From Somniosus microcephalus (lineage: Eukaryota): DNA of 64,000 nt. The DNA lies in contig CM126209.1 of NCBI GenBank assembly GCA_052327205.1, positions 61,876,001 to 61,940,000 of the forward strand, written 5' to 3'. A program made the position numbers and the translations under genes. Of this stretch, positions 36,345-47,962 are shown piece by piece (the stretch's first letter is position 1; each line of letters begins with the position of its first letter). The notes beneath the pieces are model-generated. The model made no database searches. It was not told where the DNA came from and saw only the letters and a program-made list of their open reading frames with translations.

Positions 36345-36890
36345 CTCATGCGATGTGGGAGTCACTGGCAAGGCCAGCATTTATTGCCCATCCCCAATTG
36401 CCCTCAAGGAGGGTGTCTGCTTGAACCTCAGCAGTCTGTGTGGTGAAGGTACTCATACAAAGCAACTTTTTCATTTATTCATCCTTGGGATATTGGCATC
36501 GCTGGCAAGGCCAGCATTTATCGCCCATCCTAATTGCCGTTAAGGTTGTGGTGGGCCTTCTTGAACTGCTGCAGTCCATGTGGTGAGGACACTCAATGCT
36601 ATGGCGGTAGGGAGTTCCAGGATTTTGACCCAGAGACAATGAAGGAACGGCGATGCACGTCTAAGTCAGAATAGTGCGTGACATGGAGAGGAATTTGAAG
36701 GTGATGGTGTACCCATACGCCTGCTGCCCTTGTCCTTCTAGGTGGTGGAGGTGCTGCTGAAGCAGCCTTGGCAACTTGCTGCAGCGCATCCTGTAGATAG
36801 TACACACTGCAGCCACGGTACGCTGGTGGTGAAGAGAGTGGATGGTTAAGCTGGTGGATGGGGTGCCGATCAAGTAGACTGCTTTATCGG
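36345..36890 (-). mobile_element. LINE 3' fragments (two stacked 3' ends), same family as 16935-17160
   Basis: KAVYLIGTPSTSLTIHSLHHQRTVAAVCTIYRM and KSWNSLP remnants; ggcaaggccagcattta..gcccatcc..aattgcc occurs twice. Confidence 0.7.
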
Positions 36891-37203
36891 CACTACACAG
36901 CTCAAAATGTTCTACATATACAACCTGAAGTTTGGAAGGACACAATCCATTAATGTACTGCTGGGTACTTTTGCACACTTCAAGGTGATCAAAGTACAAA
37001 AATTTAGTGTGGCCATTATGCTTAACAAACATCATAATGAGAGAAGACAACGCTTTGCTATAAAATAATTATGGTTCGAAATTAGTTTGCAAAGAATACA
37101 CATCTTTGCTTAAAAAAAAAAAATTCATTTGAAGATTAGCACGGATGTGTTTTATAATGGAAATTAGTCTCAACTGCCATGGATTCACAGTACTGATACT
37201 CAC

Positions 37204-37381
37204 CATCAAACACTGCTCGACTGTATTGAGTAGTAGAAGCTAAAGGCCTGCATGTTTTGTCAAATTTGTTGCCATAATTGCCAATGCTGACTTCAAACTG
37301 GATGGCGTCTCCAATTTCTCGCTGCATTGTTGCTGCATAAAAAACAGCAGAAAGACTATACTTGCGCCGGCGTTGATATTT
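37204..37381 (-). CDS. MYOF: Myoferlin exon ([19 protein letters not shown]...[31 protein letters not shown])
   Basis: cag/gtgagt splice sites. Confidence 0.95.
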
Positions 37382-38795
37382 CTGGAATAGGAACAGGAGG
37401 ATTTGGATTAACTTCACCCAAGACCCACAAATAATTTAAAACTTCTGAAAAAGATAGTATAAATGATGAAATGCAGTATCACTTACAAAACCCACATCTA
37501 TTATTCAAATGGGTGTCTCCAGCCCCAAAAATATAGCAGCCCCTACCCCAGTTTGCCACCAAATTGTGCAGCAGTGGGACAAAAACAGGAAGCTTTAATA
37601 GTTTTGTATGTCTGTTACGTGGATTCAGCTGCAGCATGACTGCAAGGAGTTTTGATTTCTGGATTATATATTCCAAGTTGTCATCATGTTATTGAATGAT
37701 GCGTTCTATGGTGAACCTACACATGCACCCTAAAAGGCAAAATCTTTCTTCACAAGGCCAGCGAAATTGTCCTGCAAGATAGCCACGAAATTATAGCAAT
37801 TTTCTCCCCCACTAGATTAAACCACCAGCTTTGCATTTCCTTAACCTTGTAGTAATAATCAAGTAAGGAAATTGAGAGAGCACACTCATTTTGCACAGAC
37901 TCCAACTTATCAGGGCTAAATTAGGAGGATTATAAATGGGAGTAAAAGGAGAAAACCAGTTTCTGAACAGGATAATGGAGTGTTACATGACTTAAATGAT
38001 TAAGGAACCTACACAGAGGTTTGGGGGGGGGGGGGGGGTGGTGGTGAAGAGGCAGCCGTGAAAGAGAAAGGTGGAGAGAAGGAAGCTATATTAGACTGGT
38101 TGTACGATATTCAGGCAATACTTGAGCAGGTTACCTTGGAAATAGTGATCACAATATGAAGTATAATGTCAGACTTGCACTATTGAAAGAGAGGAGTCGC
38201 ACATCAACCATCAATTTTGCTAAAGTGGATTTTGATGGAATGAGGGGACTGGGATGAAAAGATAAATGGATCACTTTCAAGAATACACTATTGTCAACAC
38301 CACTTGGAAAGCAGTAGAGAAAAAAACACAACGTGGGCATCAAGGCAAGTACTGCAAGGACAAAAAAGCCTTCCTCAAGTACAAGAAGTCATGCACAGAC
38401 CAGAGAACAAGGATGAGGTTAGGTTCCATCACATGCAGGTGGTTAGTGTAACTGCCCGAAGCTGGAAAAAATCTGCATTTGTGGATTTATATTGGACTAG
38501 CTGGAGTGCCCGGCGGTGCCAAGGGTTTTTTGAGGGCATGTTGTTGTGGGAGAAGGGGGGGGGGGGGGGGGGGGGGGGAGGGGAAAGAGGGAGAAGAAAA
38601 AAAAAAAAGGAACAAAAAAAAGAGCGAGCGAGCACTGGATTGAGTTCGGGATTAGCCTGGAGAGGAGGGGGGGGGGGAAGGAGCGCCTCAGGCCTGGCCT
38701 GATCGACCCCTGCGAAGGAAGGAAAGAAGAAGGCGAGCTCTCCCTCCCTGTCCCACCCCCTCACTCTTTCCCTCCCCCTTTCTCCTCTCCCTCCA

Positions 38796-39045
38796 CCTCC
38801 GCGGATCAGTGCCTCAGGGCCGGTGCGCGGCCTAGCACGTGAGGCCCGGCTGGACTCACGTTAGCTCTCTCCCTCCCTCCCTCGCTCCTCTCCTCTGTGG
38901 ATCAGCGCCTCAGCCGGCCGGTGCACAACCTAGTGCGTGAGGCCTGGCCGGACTCTCCCTCCCTCCCCCTCCGCGGATCAGCGCCTCAGAGCCGGCCGGA
39001 GCACGACCTAGCGCGTGAGGCCCGGCGGGACTCACCTTAGCTCAT
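38796..39045. repeat. Three GC-rich tandem units of ~75-95 bp
   Basis: ggatcagcgcctcag..ccgg..cctagcgcgtgaggcccgg..ggactc repeated three times. Confidence 0.8.
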
Positions 39046-39625
39046 GTCGCGCTCCGGGCCGACGTTGACGCGCACACTGACTCCCACCTCACCCACTTTT
39101 ACTAAGATGGCGGCGATGGCTACCCTCGGCACAGTCCCGCACCGCCAGCCTTTACCAAGATGGCGGCGATCGCGGGGCGGGACGGGCGGTGCCTAGCTCG
39201 GGCGTGGCTGGCGAGGAGAGGTCGAGGCTTCGAGGCCGGAGGCCTGCAGGCAGCTCATCCACCGCCGAGGGGGGTTTTTGAGGGGGGGGGGGGAAAGCCC
39301 GAGTCCCCTTTGGAAAAGGATTTTTTTCCCCTTTAAAACCAATTTTTTTTTTTGCTGCAAATCTATATTTCAAAAGAAACACGCAGAAAGTGGGAAAAAG
39401 AAATGAAGTTAGGAATCAAGATGGTGGCCACTCAAAGTCAGAAGGATTAGGCCCGCCCACACATGCAATGTGACGCAGCGATTGGTCAACCATCAGGTCA
39501 CTCAACGCTATCCCTGTAGGATGGCCCACCCCCACACGCAATGAACCTCCCCCCGGTGACGCACCGATTGGCATCAGGTTAATCACCTGTACGATTGGTC
39601 AACCATCACGTCACTCAACGCAAAG
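39030..39625 (-). promoter_or_regulatory. CpG-island promoter-like region with a candidate first exon
   Basis: Repeated GATTGG (CCAAT) and GTGACGCA (CRE-like) motifs at 39470-39620; two YY1-type AAGATGGCGGCG motifs (~39104, ~39158); donor-like AAG|GTGAGT at ~39030-39038 on the minus strand. Confidence 0.5.
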
Positions 39626-39839
39626 GAGCGGAATGTTGCCGTTTTTTGAACCTTTTTTGTATACGGTCCGAACAATTTGTCTGACCAAAAAGTAAATACG
39701 CCTGAGAGTCCCCTAATGATAAGCTTTCTTTTGATATAACATGTGTAGGTACGCTCTATAACTTTTGATTGGTTATTCTCTGCAAACCTGTGACTTTTTA
39801 AACAGTTAACTGAACACTTAAGCGTGCTGTACAACTGAC

Positions 39840-39953
39840 CTGAACCACCAAAACATCATCGCTAGGTATGTCCTCCAACTTCTTCTCTGGATTACCATCA
39901 AGTTTGGTGATTAGTTCAACCAGTAGTCTACCACGATATGCAACTCCCTCACC
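39840..39953 (-). CDS. MYOF: Myoferlin exon ([38 protein letters not shown])
   Basis: tag/gtcagt splice sites, 114 nt. Confidence 0.95.
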
Positions 39954-42727
39954 CTAAAAGCAAAACATTTTTTATTAGCACCAGTTTAAAAAAACTCTTC
40001 AGCTTCAAATTCTAAGCAATCTAGAAATTCACAACCAAGTTGATTAGTATTATAAATTAATTTTTCCTCCATCTCCTGATCAACAGGATGATAGGCAGTC
40101 TGCTCTCTGGCCTCAGTCAGTATTTAGAGGAATTGTCAGTGGTTTCTGCTCGGACACCTGGAGTGCATCAAGGTTGCCTGCTTGTTGTAAGGCAATGCAG
40201 GCACTGATTCACGTTTCAAGGCTGCAGGCCGAGCAGTTTGATTATGTAGTTGCTGCAAGTAGTGATGCTTAAACTGTTCAGTGATTTGCAGCTGGATACA
40301 ACATGGTTGAAAGAAACATCTGCGCCATCTCATCTATAACCAGTTACGTTCCTGATGCAGATCAGAACTTTCAAGTACCTCACTCAATACAAGTGCCTGA
40401 CATATGTCTGGATTGGTTAGAAAGCTTCAACAGAATGCAGGAAAATTAGCAAAATGTGCTTGAAAGTCACCATCAGAATGCTCAAGTGTGGTTCCTGGTG
40501 ATCAAAGTGCCAACAGATCCAATCTATGGCCACTTGAATCAAATTCACCTTCCCACCATAAATCAAACGAGTCACAGGCTGCATCCAGGATTTTAAAACT
40601 TTTATCGCTCCTGGCCTGAAGATGTTGATTTCTGCAGTGGTACAGCTCTGCAGGTGATAGTCATCTTGAGACGACACCATTGAAGCAGACAGGTCATGCC
40701 GTCAGCCTAGGGAGCATTTGCAAGCTGGTTGAGCCTGGGGGTGGGGCGTGGGCAAGAGGTGGTGAAGTCTTCAGACATACAGCCACACTTCCCACCCAGC
40801 ATGGTGCACTGGACAATCAGGCCCAGGAACCCTGGCTGATTTCTCTTGCGAAGTCCAGGGTCCCAGAGGCCAACTGGATTAGAGAAGGAAAAGCCAACGA
40901 TCTGACCAAGACCAGCTAAGTCAAAGACCGAGCCCCTTCTACCGTCGGACTCAGTTACAAGTTTCATTTACCAGCTGGGTTAACTCCGTAGTACTTATTC
41001 TTGCATTTCTAAATCAGCAAAACAGTAACTTTTGACCATCACTTAGCCATTTGTGGCATTGGGTAGAAATGCTCACGGCGGGGTCAAGGGAACAGGAGGT
41101 GGGTCTCGGACAAGATGAGCTCAGGAAAAAAAAAAAATAGGAGAAAAACAAACTCGAAAAAGACACAGGTTCATGGCTGGGTAAGGGACTAGCAGAGTGG
41201 CTTTGATCTTAGTGACAAAGAAGCCCATTACTTCCTCACACTTGGAAGAGTGTGAGGAGGGGCCAGGGGAGAGGAGTTTAAGGAGATGGTTGGTAGTGGG
41301 GAAGAGTTAGAGGGTTATCTTGGCTCTCCAGGCTGATCCTGGAGTAGTGGGCAGTTTTGGCAGAAGAAAGTGAGGCCAGATATTGCTCATTGTGGTCCAA
41401 CCAGATTTGGTGAATGATGGCTAAACCAGCTGTATGTGTCAGATATGCTCAGGTCTGCAGCCCTTAAACTTGAGGGACTGAAGGTGATGCATACCAGGAT
41501 GAATTGACAAGGATGGGAGAGTAAAGGTTTTGTTGGGGACAAGGGCATCAAAGGGTGGAATGGTTAAGCAGATCAGTGGCTGTGGTGAATGGAGGGCCAA
41601 AAGCATCCCTCGGCTCGGACTTATACTTGCGCTATTAAAATGTATTAAAAGAAACAGAAAATACAGAGCAGGTCTCAGTGGGGATAAAGTTCTAAAGAAC
41701 GCAGGAAAAATTGCAACAAAACACCAAAAGAATGACTATTTCCTGCTGTGTGTGAAATTCTGGTTGCAACCTGGGATACAAGGAGCATTCAAGAGCTGGG
41801 GACATGGCCAGTTTTATGGGCAGAGATTAATCTGGGCCATAAAAGATAGAGGATACTTTGGTATATTGTAGTTACGCACGTAACTCACTTGCACTCAATT
41901 TCTGATCTTAAGATATGTAATTGGTTTGGGTCCAGATTACGAGGCCGGAATTTTAAGGAGAAAGGCAGGTGGGGGCTCCGAGGCGGTCGGGAAGCCAGGT
42001 TTCCCACAAGCCCTGCCGACTTTAACGAAGATAGTGGCCGGCCTCAGCATCATTGCTTGGGGGGGGGGGGGGGGGGGGGGTCCTGGTTGCAGGGGATTGG
42101 TTAGCTCGGGACCCTGGATCCAGGATCCCAAGTGTAAAGGCACTTGCTGTAACTGCTGGGTTTCACAAAGTGTAAAACCCATCCACATGCAGTTAAAAAC
42201 AAAAAAAAAGGTTTAAAAAGTCTTCCATTCTTATTGTAATATTTAAATTGACATCTTGCTCCCTGGGAGCAAGTTGGTTGCCCGCCCGCGTTAAAACCAG
42301 AACTGGGTGGGTTGGAGGCAGGTTCCGGTCGAGAATCTGATTTTTAACAATTTAACTACATCCATGCTCCAAACCTACCTGTTTTTTTTTTTAGGTCAAA
42401 ATCCCCCCCACCCCACCCGCCAAGCGTCTGTGCAAATATGAAGACAACGCCAGGCCTACCAGTACAACAACATTAACGGCATGTGACAATTAGCAAGGTT
42501 TGCTGCAAAAATATATCCCACATGGCTATTTTTTCCATTGCATTATTTCAATAAGACTGCCATCAATGATGCCAAACAATGTGTGTCGATACACTTTCAT
42601 GGTCAACCACCTACCAATTGAACTCAGACACATGGCAATGATTTTCTTCGTACAAGGGATGAGATATATTTACATTTTGTGGCTAATTCGGATAGTGAGT
42701 ACCAAACAGATGGTATTTCTAACTAAC

Positions 42728-42852
42728 CTGCCCCTTGTTCAAGTCTTCATAAGGATCAGCAAAGCCCGTGAATTCCCTGGGGCTCCCATAAAAGTTTATA
42801 TAACAAGGCCCAAAGGCTGGAAGAAATCCTACTTCTTTGTCTCCTGTTTCCC
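42728..42852 (-). CDS. MYOF: Myoferlin exon ([42 protein letters not shown])
   Basis: tag/gttagt splice sites; ferlin GFLPxFGPC motif. Confidence 0.95.
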
Positions 42853-44593
42853 CTATCAAAACACAGAAGGTGATCAACAAAATATACATCACTGGTATTT
42901 TTAAAAACACAATCTCTAATAATTGGTTAGTAAGTTAGTTTGTAAGCATACGCAGAGGATGCATAATATGCGCTTGCAATTAAGGAGGTTGGTTTATCTC
43001 AAGAGGGCCAAAATAAGTTTTTCCTGTTTATCATTTGAAACGAGTATTGTGATGCATTAATAATTCCCTGCTACGGCAGTAAAGTTAAAGTTCTTTGAAC
43101 AGAATGGTTTCTAGCCAGGAACTGTTGCTTTCATTTACCAGACTCACTTGGAGGCCCCACTGATTTGGGTTGGCTATTGTCGTTTGCCATTGTTGGGGCA
43201 GGTACAGGGTGGGAAGAGGAAAAGGAATATTCAGTTTTATTTAGTACTGGATGGAAAAATACTTCCCCAAAAAAGTCTGCAAATAATCTCTCGAATCAGG
43301 CAACAAACCCATTTATACTTCTTGCACAGTTATGCAATTGTGCAAGCAAATCTAGCCTGCTAATTGCATCATTTGCAGTTAATTGCATTTTATCAGTTCC
43401 CATCAGTGCACTTGGCAAGATGGTATTTTTCAGCCCCCACCAAGTAGGCCGAGAAGAGAAAATAAAAACCAGAAGCTGCAGAGTGAGAAGTCTTTTGTAT
43501 AGTTGCTGTTGCTCCATGGCCAAGTGTCACTTCCACTGGAAAAGCATGGAATCACAGAAAGTCAATTGCTTGCTTTTTCCCTTTCAGCAGATGATGTATA
43601 AAAGGTCTGAGGCCCCAAGGAAAAAATCTGAAGCAAAATATTGAAACTTTAAAACCAAAAATGCTGCCATGAAATCATCTAACCAGAACCCAAGCATCCC
43701 GTTTCAAGTCAACATAAACCAAGTTTAACAGAAAGCATGTAGCTGTACTGAACTGGACAAGGACAGTTTTCAAAATCAAGAGACTTGTAATGCTACCACA
43801 GAATTCAGTAAACTACAAACCAGCATCAAGAGTTAGACACAATTTCTTTTAAATTCCTTTAATAAACTTTAAAAATCCAAATTAAGAGGAAATTGCATGT
43901 TGTCCAAACTCTTCCAGACATTAGGTCAAGTTGCATTTCAGAGTATTAAGAAAAAAGAGGCTCCACCAAGAGTCACAATAAAATTGTAGCTGTCCTTACC
44001 CAAGAATGCAAAGGACTATAGAACTGCTATAATTAGCACTTGTTGGCTATGCAGTATGTGCTGAATTCTACCTGGAAAGTGCATAGGGAAGAGGTAGTAA
44101 GTCATTGAGGTGCAAATCAGCATGGATCTGCTGCCAGTGAAAACTAAGAAAGGGGGAAGAGCAAGAATGTGGTGCAAAATAGGAGAAATGATGCAATCAG
44201 ATGCACAAGAGACAAGAAGCCCACAGAACTGACAGATAGAGGAATGTGTTATGGCTGTTATAGCTTGGGGGGGGGGGGGGGGGGGAGAAAGAGAATGGGC
44301 AGATTTTCAGTATTTTCTAAACATCACTGGGAATCATCATTTAATGGTAACTCCAGGAAGGTATCCAAATGAACCCACAGGACCAAGAGTTATTCACAAT
44401 GACAGAAAAATAGTTTGGGCAAACATACATAAATAGAAATTTCAGTACAAGGAGGCCAAATGTGCCTGTAAGTGCTATCTCCATATCAGAGTCATCTGCT
44501 GTAATCCCATGCCCTTGTTTTTCCCCTATATAAAAAGGGAACTTACAGCTCACGTCTGTTGGTTAAGATCAAACCAATAAAATACTGCTGAAA

Positions 44594-45958
44594 TGTAAGA
44601 TTTCGCAATAATTTACAGCTCTGAGGATTCATTTTTGATTAAAGAATCCCTGGGTGATGTGCCTTTTAAAAGATTCCAGGGATCAAAAATGGCCGTCAGA
44701 CCACATGGCCGAAGGCACGTGCGTGCGTCTGAAGAAAGGTTCAATGGCAGTCAAATCTGTCAAAGGGGAGTTTCCCCCCCCGCCCTGCAGCAGGACAATC
44801 GATGCCTGTTTACAGAATGTTCTACAATGTTGACTCTAAGATCAAGTGCTTGAAACTGCCAGCATGAACAAAGGAACTTTGTTTGCTAAGCACTCAAGAC
44901 TGTCAATCAATTGCGGTTCCAGATGACCACAGGACAATGCTTTGTTTACAAAGAAATTGAATGCTATTAACATTTGTTTGTAGATCAAGTGGACACATCC
45001 AAACTGATAAACCGTTTAAATGAATGGGAGAACACATTCAAACCCATTACTGGACAATGGGGCAGTTGGATCCCTTTTGTTTTAGCCTAGAAACATCCAG
45101 ATCTAGGCAGGCCCCAAAAGGGGGTATAAAAGATAGCTTCCTAGAAGCTCTCTCTCTTTCTGGCCTCACCTCCGTGTCCCTCTACAGCGTGGGAGTCTGC
45201 CTGTAGAAGTGAAACACCAGCAGTTTACTTTTAAAACACTGGGGTGTTTTTCACTTCGGGGCAGTGAAGATCGAAGTTCGCAGGACACGGAGCAGGCATT
45301 TCCAGTGGTGAGCATATATTTTTCTGGCCTTCCACAAGGCAACTTAGAATAGGTATAGGGGTGGGAGTAAAGTGGGAATTTCATTAGAATTGTGATTTTA
45401 GTCAATTTCCTTCGTTGTGTCCGTTTCGCCTCCCCTATTTAAGCAAGACAGTGTTGCACCTAGCAGAGAAATGCTATAGTGAACATTGAATTCGGTATTT
45501 AAAACAGCATTAAAAAAGGAGTAGCTGTTTTAAAGTACTGTATGTAAAACTGTATTAAAAGGGGTGTTGCATCAAGCTGAAGTGCTGTGAACACGGTGTA
45601 GCTATTTTTTAAAAGTCTATATAAAGTACTGTATTTCAAATAAAGCAGAGTTGCACTGAGCAGGGAGCCCTCTAGTGGACACTAAGTGTACTGCGTTTAA
45701 GCAAGTGTTGTACCAGGCATAAGAGCCATATCGATTTTTCTTTCTTTTGTTTTCAATAAATACTGGTCTGTTTTGCACCCAAACCACGAGTCACATGGTT
45801 TTCTGTCTACATCGCCACCGAATAAGTCCGGAGGTCAGAATTCAGGAATAGGGGAGCGTTTCAAAACTGCAAGGGGGTCCCTGGAGCAGCTCACATGCTT
45901 CTGACTGGCCAGAGACAAATAACCCCAGCCCAGCTAGCGTGTGTGCTAATTCCTTACA
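44594..45958 (+). mobile_element. Solo LTR, ~1.37 kb
   Basis: Inverted termini TGTAAG...CTTACA; 4-bp TSD GAAA; TATAAAA near 45125 and AATAAA near 45755. Confidence 0.8.
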
Positions 45959-47923
45959 GAAACTCCCTTCAATTGCTCAAACACTGGGCAGCACAGTTGT
46001 AGTTGGCATAGACCACCTCAGGCCTGTTCCCTTTGAGGGCACTAAAGGGTCATCAAAAAAGGTGCTAAAGTTGGGGAAAACTTATAAAATCAACTAACTT
46101 ATGATGCACCACTCAAGTCTCACGTCTAAATGCAGTACAGTGCACACGTACAGAGGTGGGACTAGAGTAATGGACCCAGAGATAGGATAATAGACAGATG
46201 AAAATGAAAAATTCTAAACAAAATGGAGGAAAGAAAAATGATGAGGAAAGAAAACAATGTCCTTATACATGCCCAGGAAACATCACATTGACAATCATAA
46301 TTCTTTGAAAAGATCAAATAGTAACCAGTAATTGTGTCTAATCTTAAGCAGTCACAAATGTATATTTTCTAGTCATGATTTAAGTTTGTTTCTGTGGAAC
46401 AACAAGATTTTTAGCACAACAATGCAAAAAGCCGATTTGGTGTACAAGGTGCTTGCAAGCAATTCAAGTAGCTTTCAGCCAAAGCATGTAGGACCAATGT
46501 GCATTTTGGCAGCATAGTGGAATTCCACCCTGGATAATAGAGTGGCAGATAACAGTTTTCATAATTTAGTTTTGCTCAAATAATTGGGTAGGAAAAATGA
46601 AAAGTACAATACAAATTTTAAAAATTATATAATGTTATTCATCAAATGGCAAGAATAGTAAGCTGCTACTGTATATGATTGTATCTCGTACAAAACACTG
46701 TCCTATAAAAATTTCAGAAGATAATTGGGAAGCAGCTAAAGATCTATTTGAAACAACTATGTACTAGAATTACTGTGATGGACTTCAATTGGTCAGCGAG
46801 TATATGCACCTTGTGGTATCAAACCAAGCTGTACAAGCCAGGAAGGTCTCAAGTACAATCCAAGGCCTGCACTAAATTAACCAATCTCAGCTAGGAATCA
46901 CAATTATCTTCAGTATCTTTGGGTCCAGAGTGGAAAAAAAAGCTAACTTGGCCAAGGATCCCACACCTGATTTCTACTCAGTAACTCCTGCTGGGAGCAC
47001 ATGTTTGTGGACAGGATCAGTTGGCACTGTACAGGTTCACCAAGGTACTGGAGGGCTGCCGACAACAAATAGCCATAACTCAGTTATGAGCCACTACATT
47101 CAGAAATGGAAGGGAAAGGAGAAAACTGGAAAGTAGTTTGAGGGCAGGCAGGTAAAAACAAATGTTGCCAGGTAGTTTTAGCAGTGCCAGTTTCCATCCC
47201 AATCTGGCACTCAAGTGGGATATATAAACAGAGTTTAAAATATTACCATTTAATGCACAGTTGGGTCTACATTGAAAAACTTGTATACCTAGTATTACAG
47301 GTTGCAGAGCCTATAAAAAAGCAAAAAGATTGCCAAGCCAGCCAAGAAGCTCAAGTCCAATAGCCATCACGTGTGAAAACATCCATTGCCAAAAGTCTCT
47401 GCATTATTGTATAATTTTTAAAGTCAAATTCACCCAGTCAGTAATACATCAACTTTATCCTTCCCCAGCCCACATGAAATCCCCCTTTTGGTAATGGAGG
47501 TTCAAAGATTAGACCAAGAAATAAAACCTTCATTTGCTGGAGAAGCCCCAATTCCCTCATCATCTGGATTGTAGGGAAACAAAAATAAGTTAGAACATTA
47601 CAAAAAGTTAAATGTCATCAACCAGTCACTGAATGTTTTAGGTACTGCATACAACCAGCTTCACAATTCACTTATACTACATCACCATGGAGCACCAACG
47701 TACAGCACCACTGTGTAATTAATTGCCAGGCTAGATTCTCATTCCTCTTCCATATTGTGCTGTGGGTAGGTATCAAGTGAAACCATGCACCTTGTGAAGT
47801 TGGGGAGTGGGGGTGGGGGGGGGGGGGGGGGGGTGGGGGTGGGGAAGTGATGGTCATTTGCAGGCTGCTGTTGCACACCCCCATACCATCAGCTCGAGAG
47901 GCGGTAGTCTGGAATTAAGTTAC

Positions 47924-47962
47924 CTGGTGTACACGCCACAGGCCTGCAGCTTCTGAGGGAGT
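47924..47962 (-). CDS. MYOF: Myoferlin 39-nt cassette-type exon in C2C (DSLRSCRPVACTP)
   Basis: ctttctag acceptor and gtaact donor, phase 1-1; same size and position as the alternatively spliced 13-aa MYOF exon. Confidence 0.7.

Larger units (their letters stand above)
38497..39780 (-). mobile_element. Putative non-autonomous Helitron carrying a CpG-island/promoter-like cargo (5' boundary uncertain)
   Basis: Minus strand ends cccttggcaccgccgggcactccagCTAG|T: a GC-rich imperfect hairpin ~10 nt before CTAG, followed by T; no TSD seen. Confidence 0.5.

Noticed and set aside
38304-38842. Gly/Lys/Pro-rich ORFs
   Set aside because: Generated by poly-G and poly-A tracts
41943-42410. MITE-like segments with ggaatttt/aaaatcc ends (also ~4080-4730 and ~27590-27770)
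   Set aside because: Probably decayed non-autonomous DNA transposons, but TIRs and TSDs could not be defined well enough to call
46262-46305. Possible additional micro-exon after a tttcaaag acceptor
   Set aside because: In-frame stop in the required phase and no convincing donor
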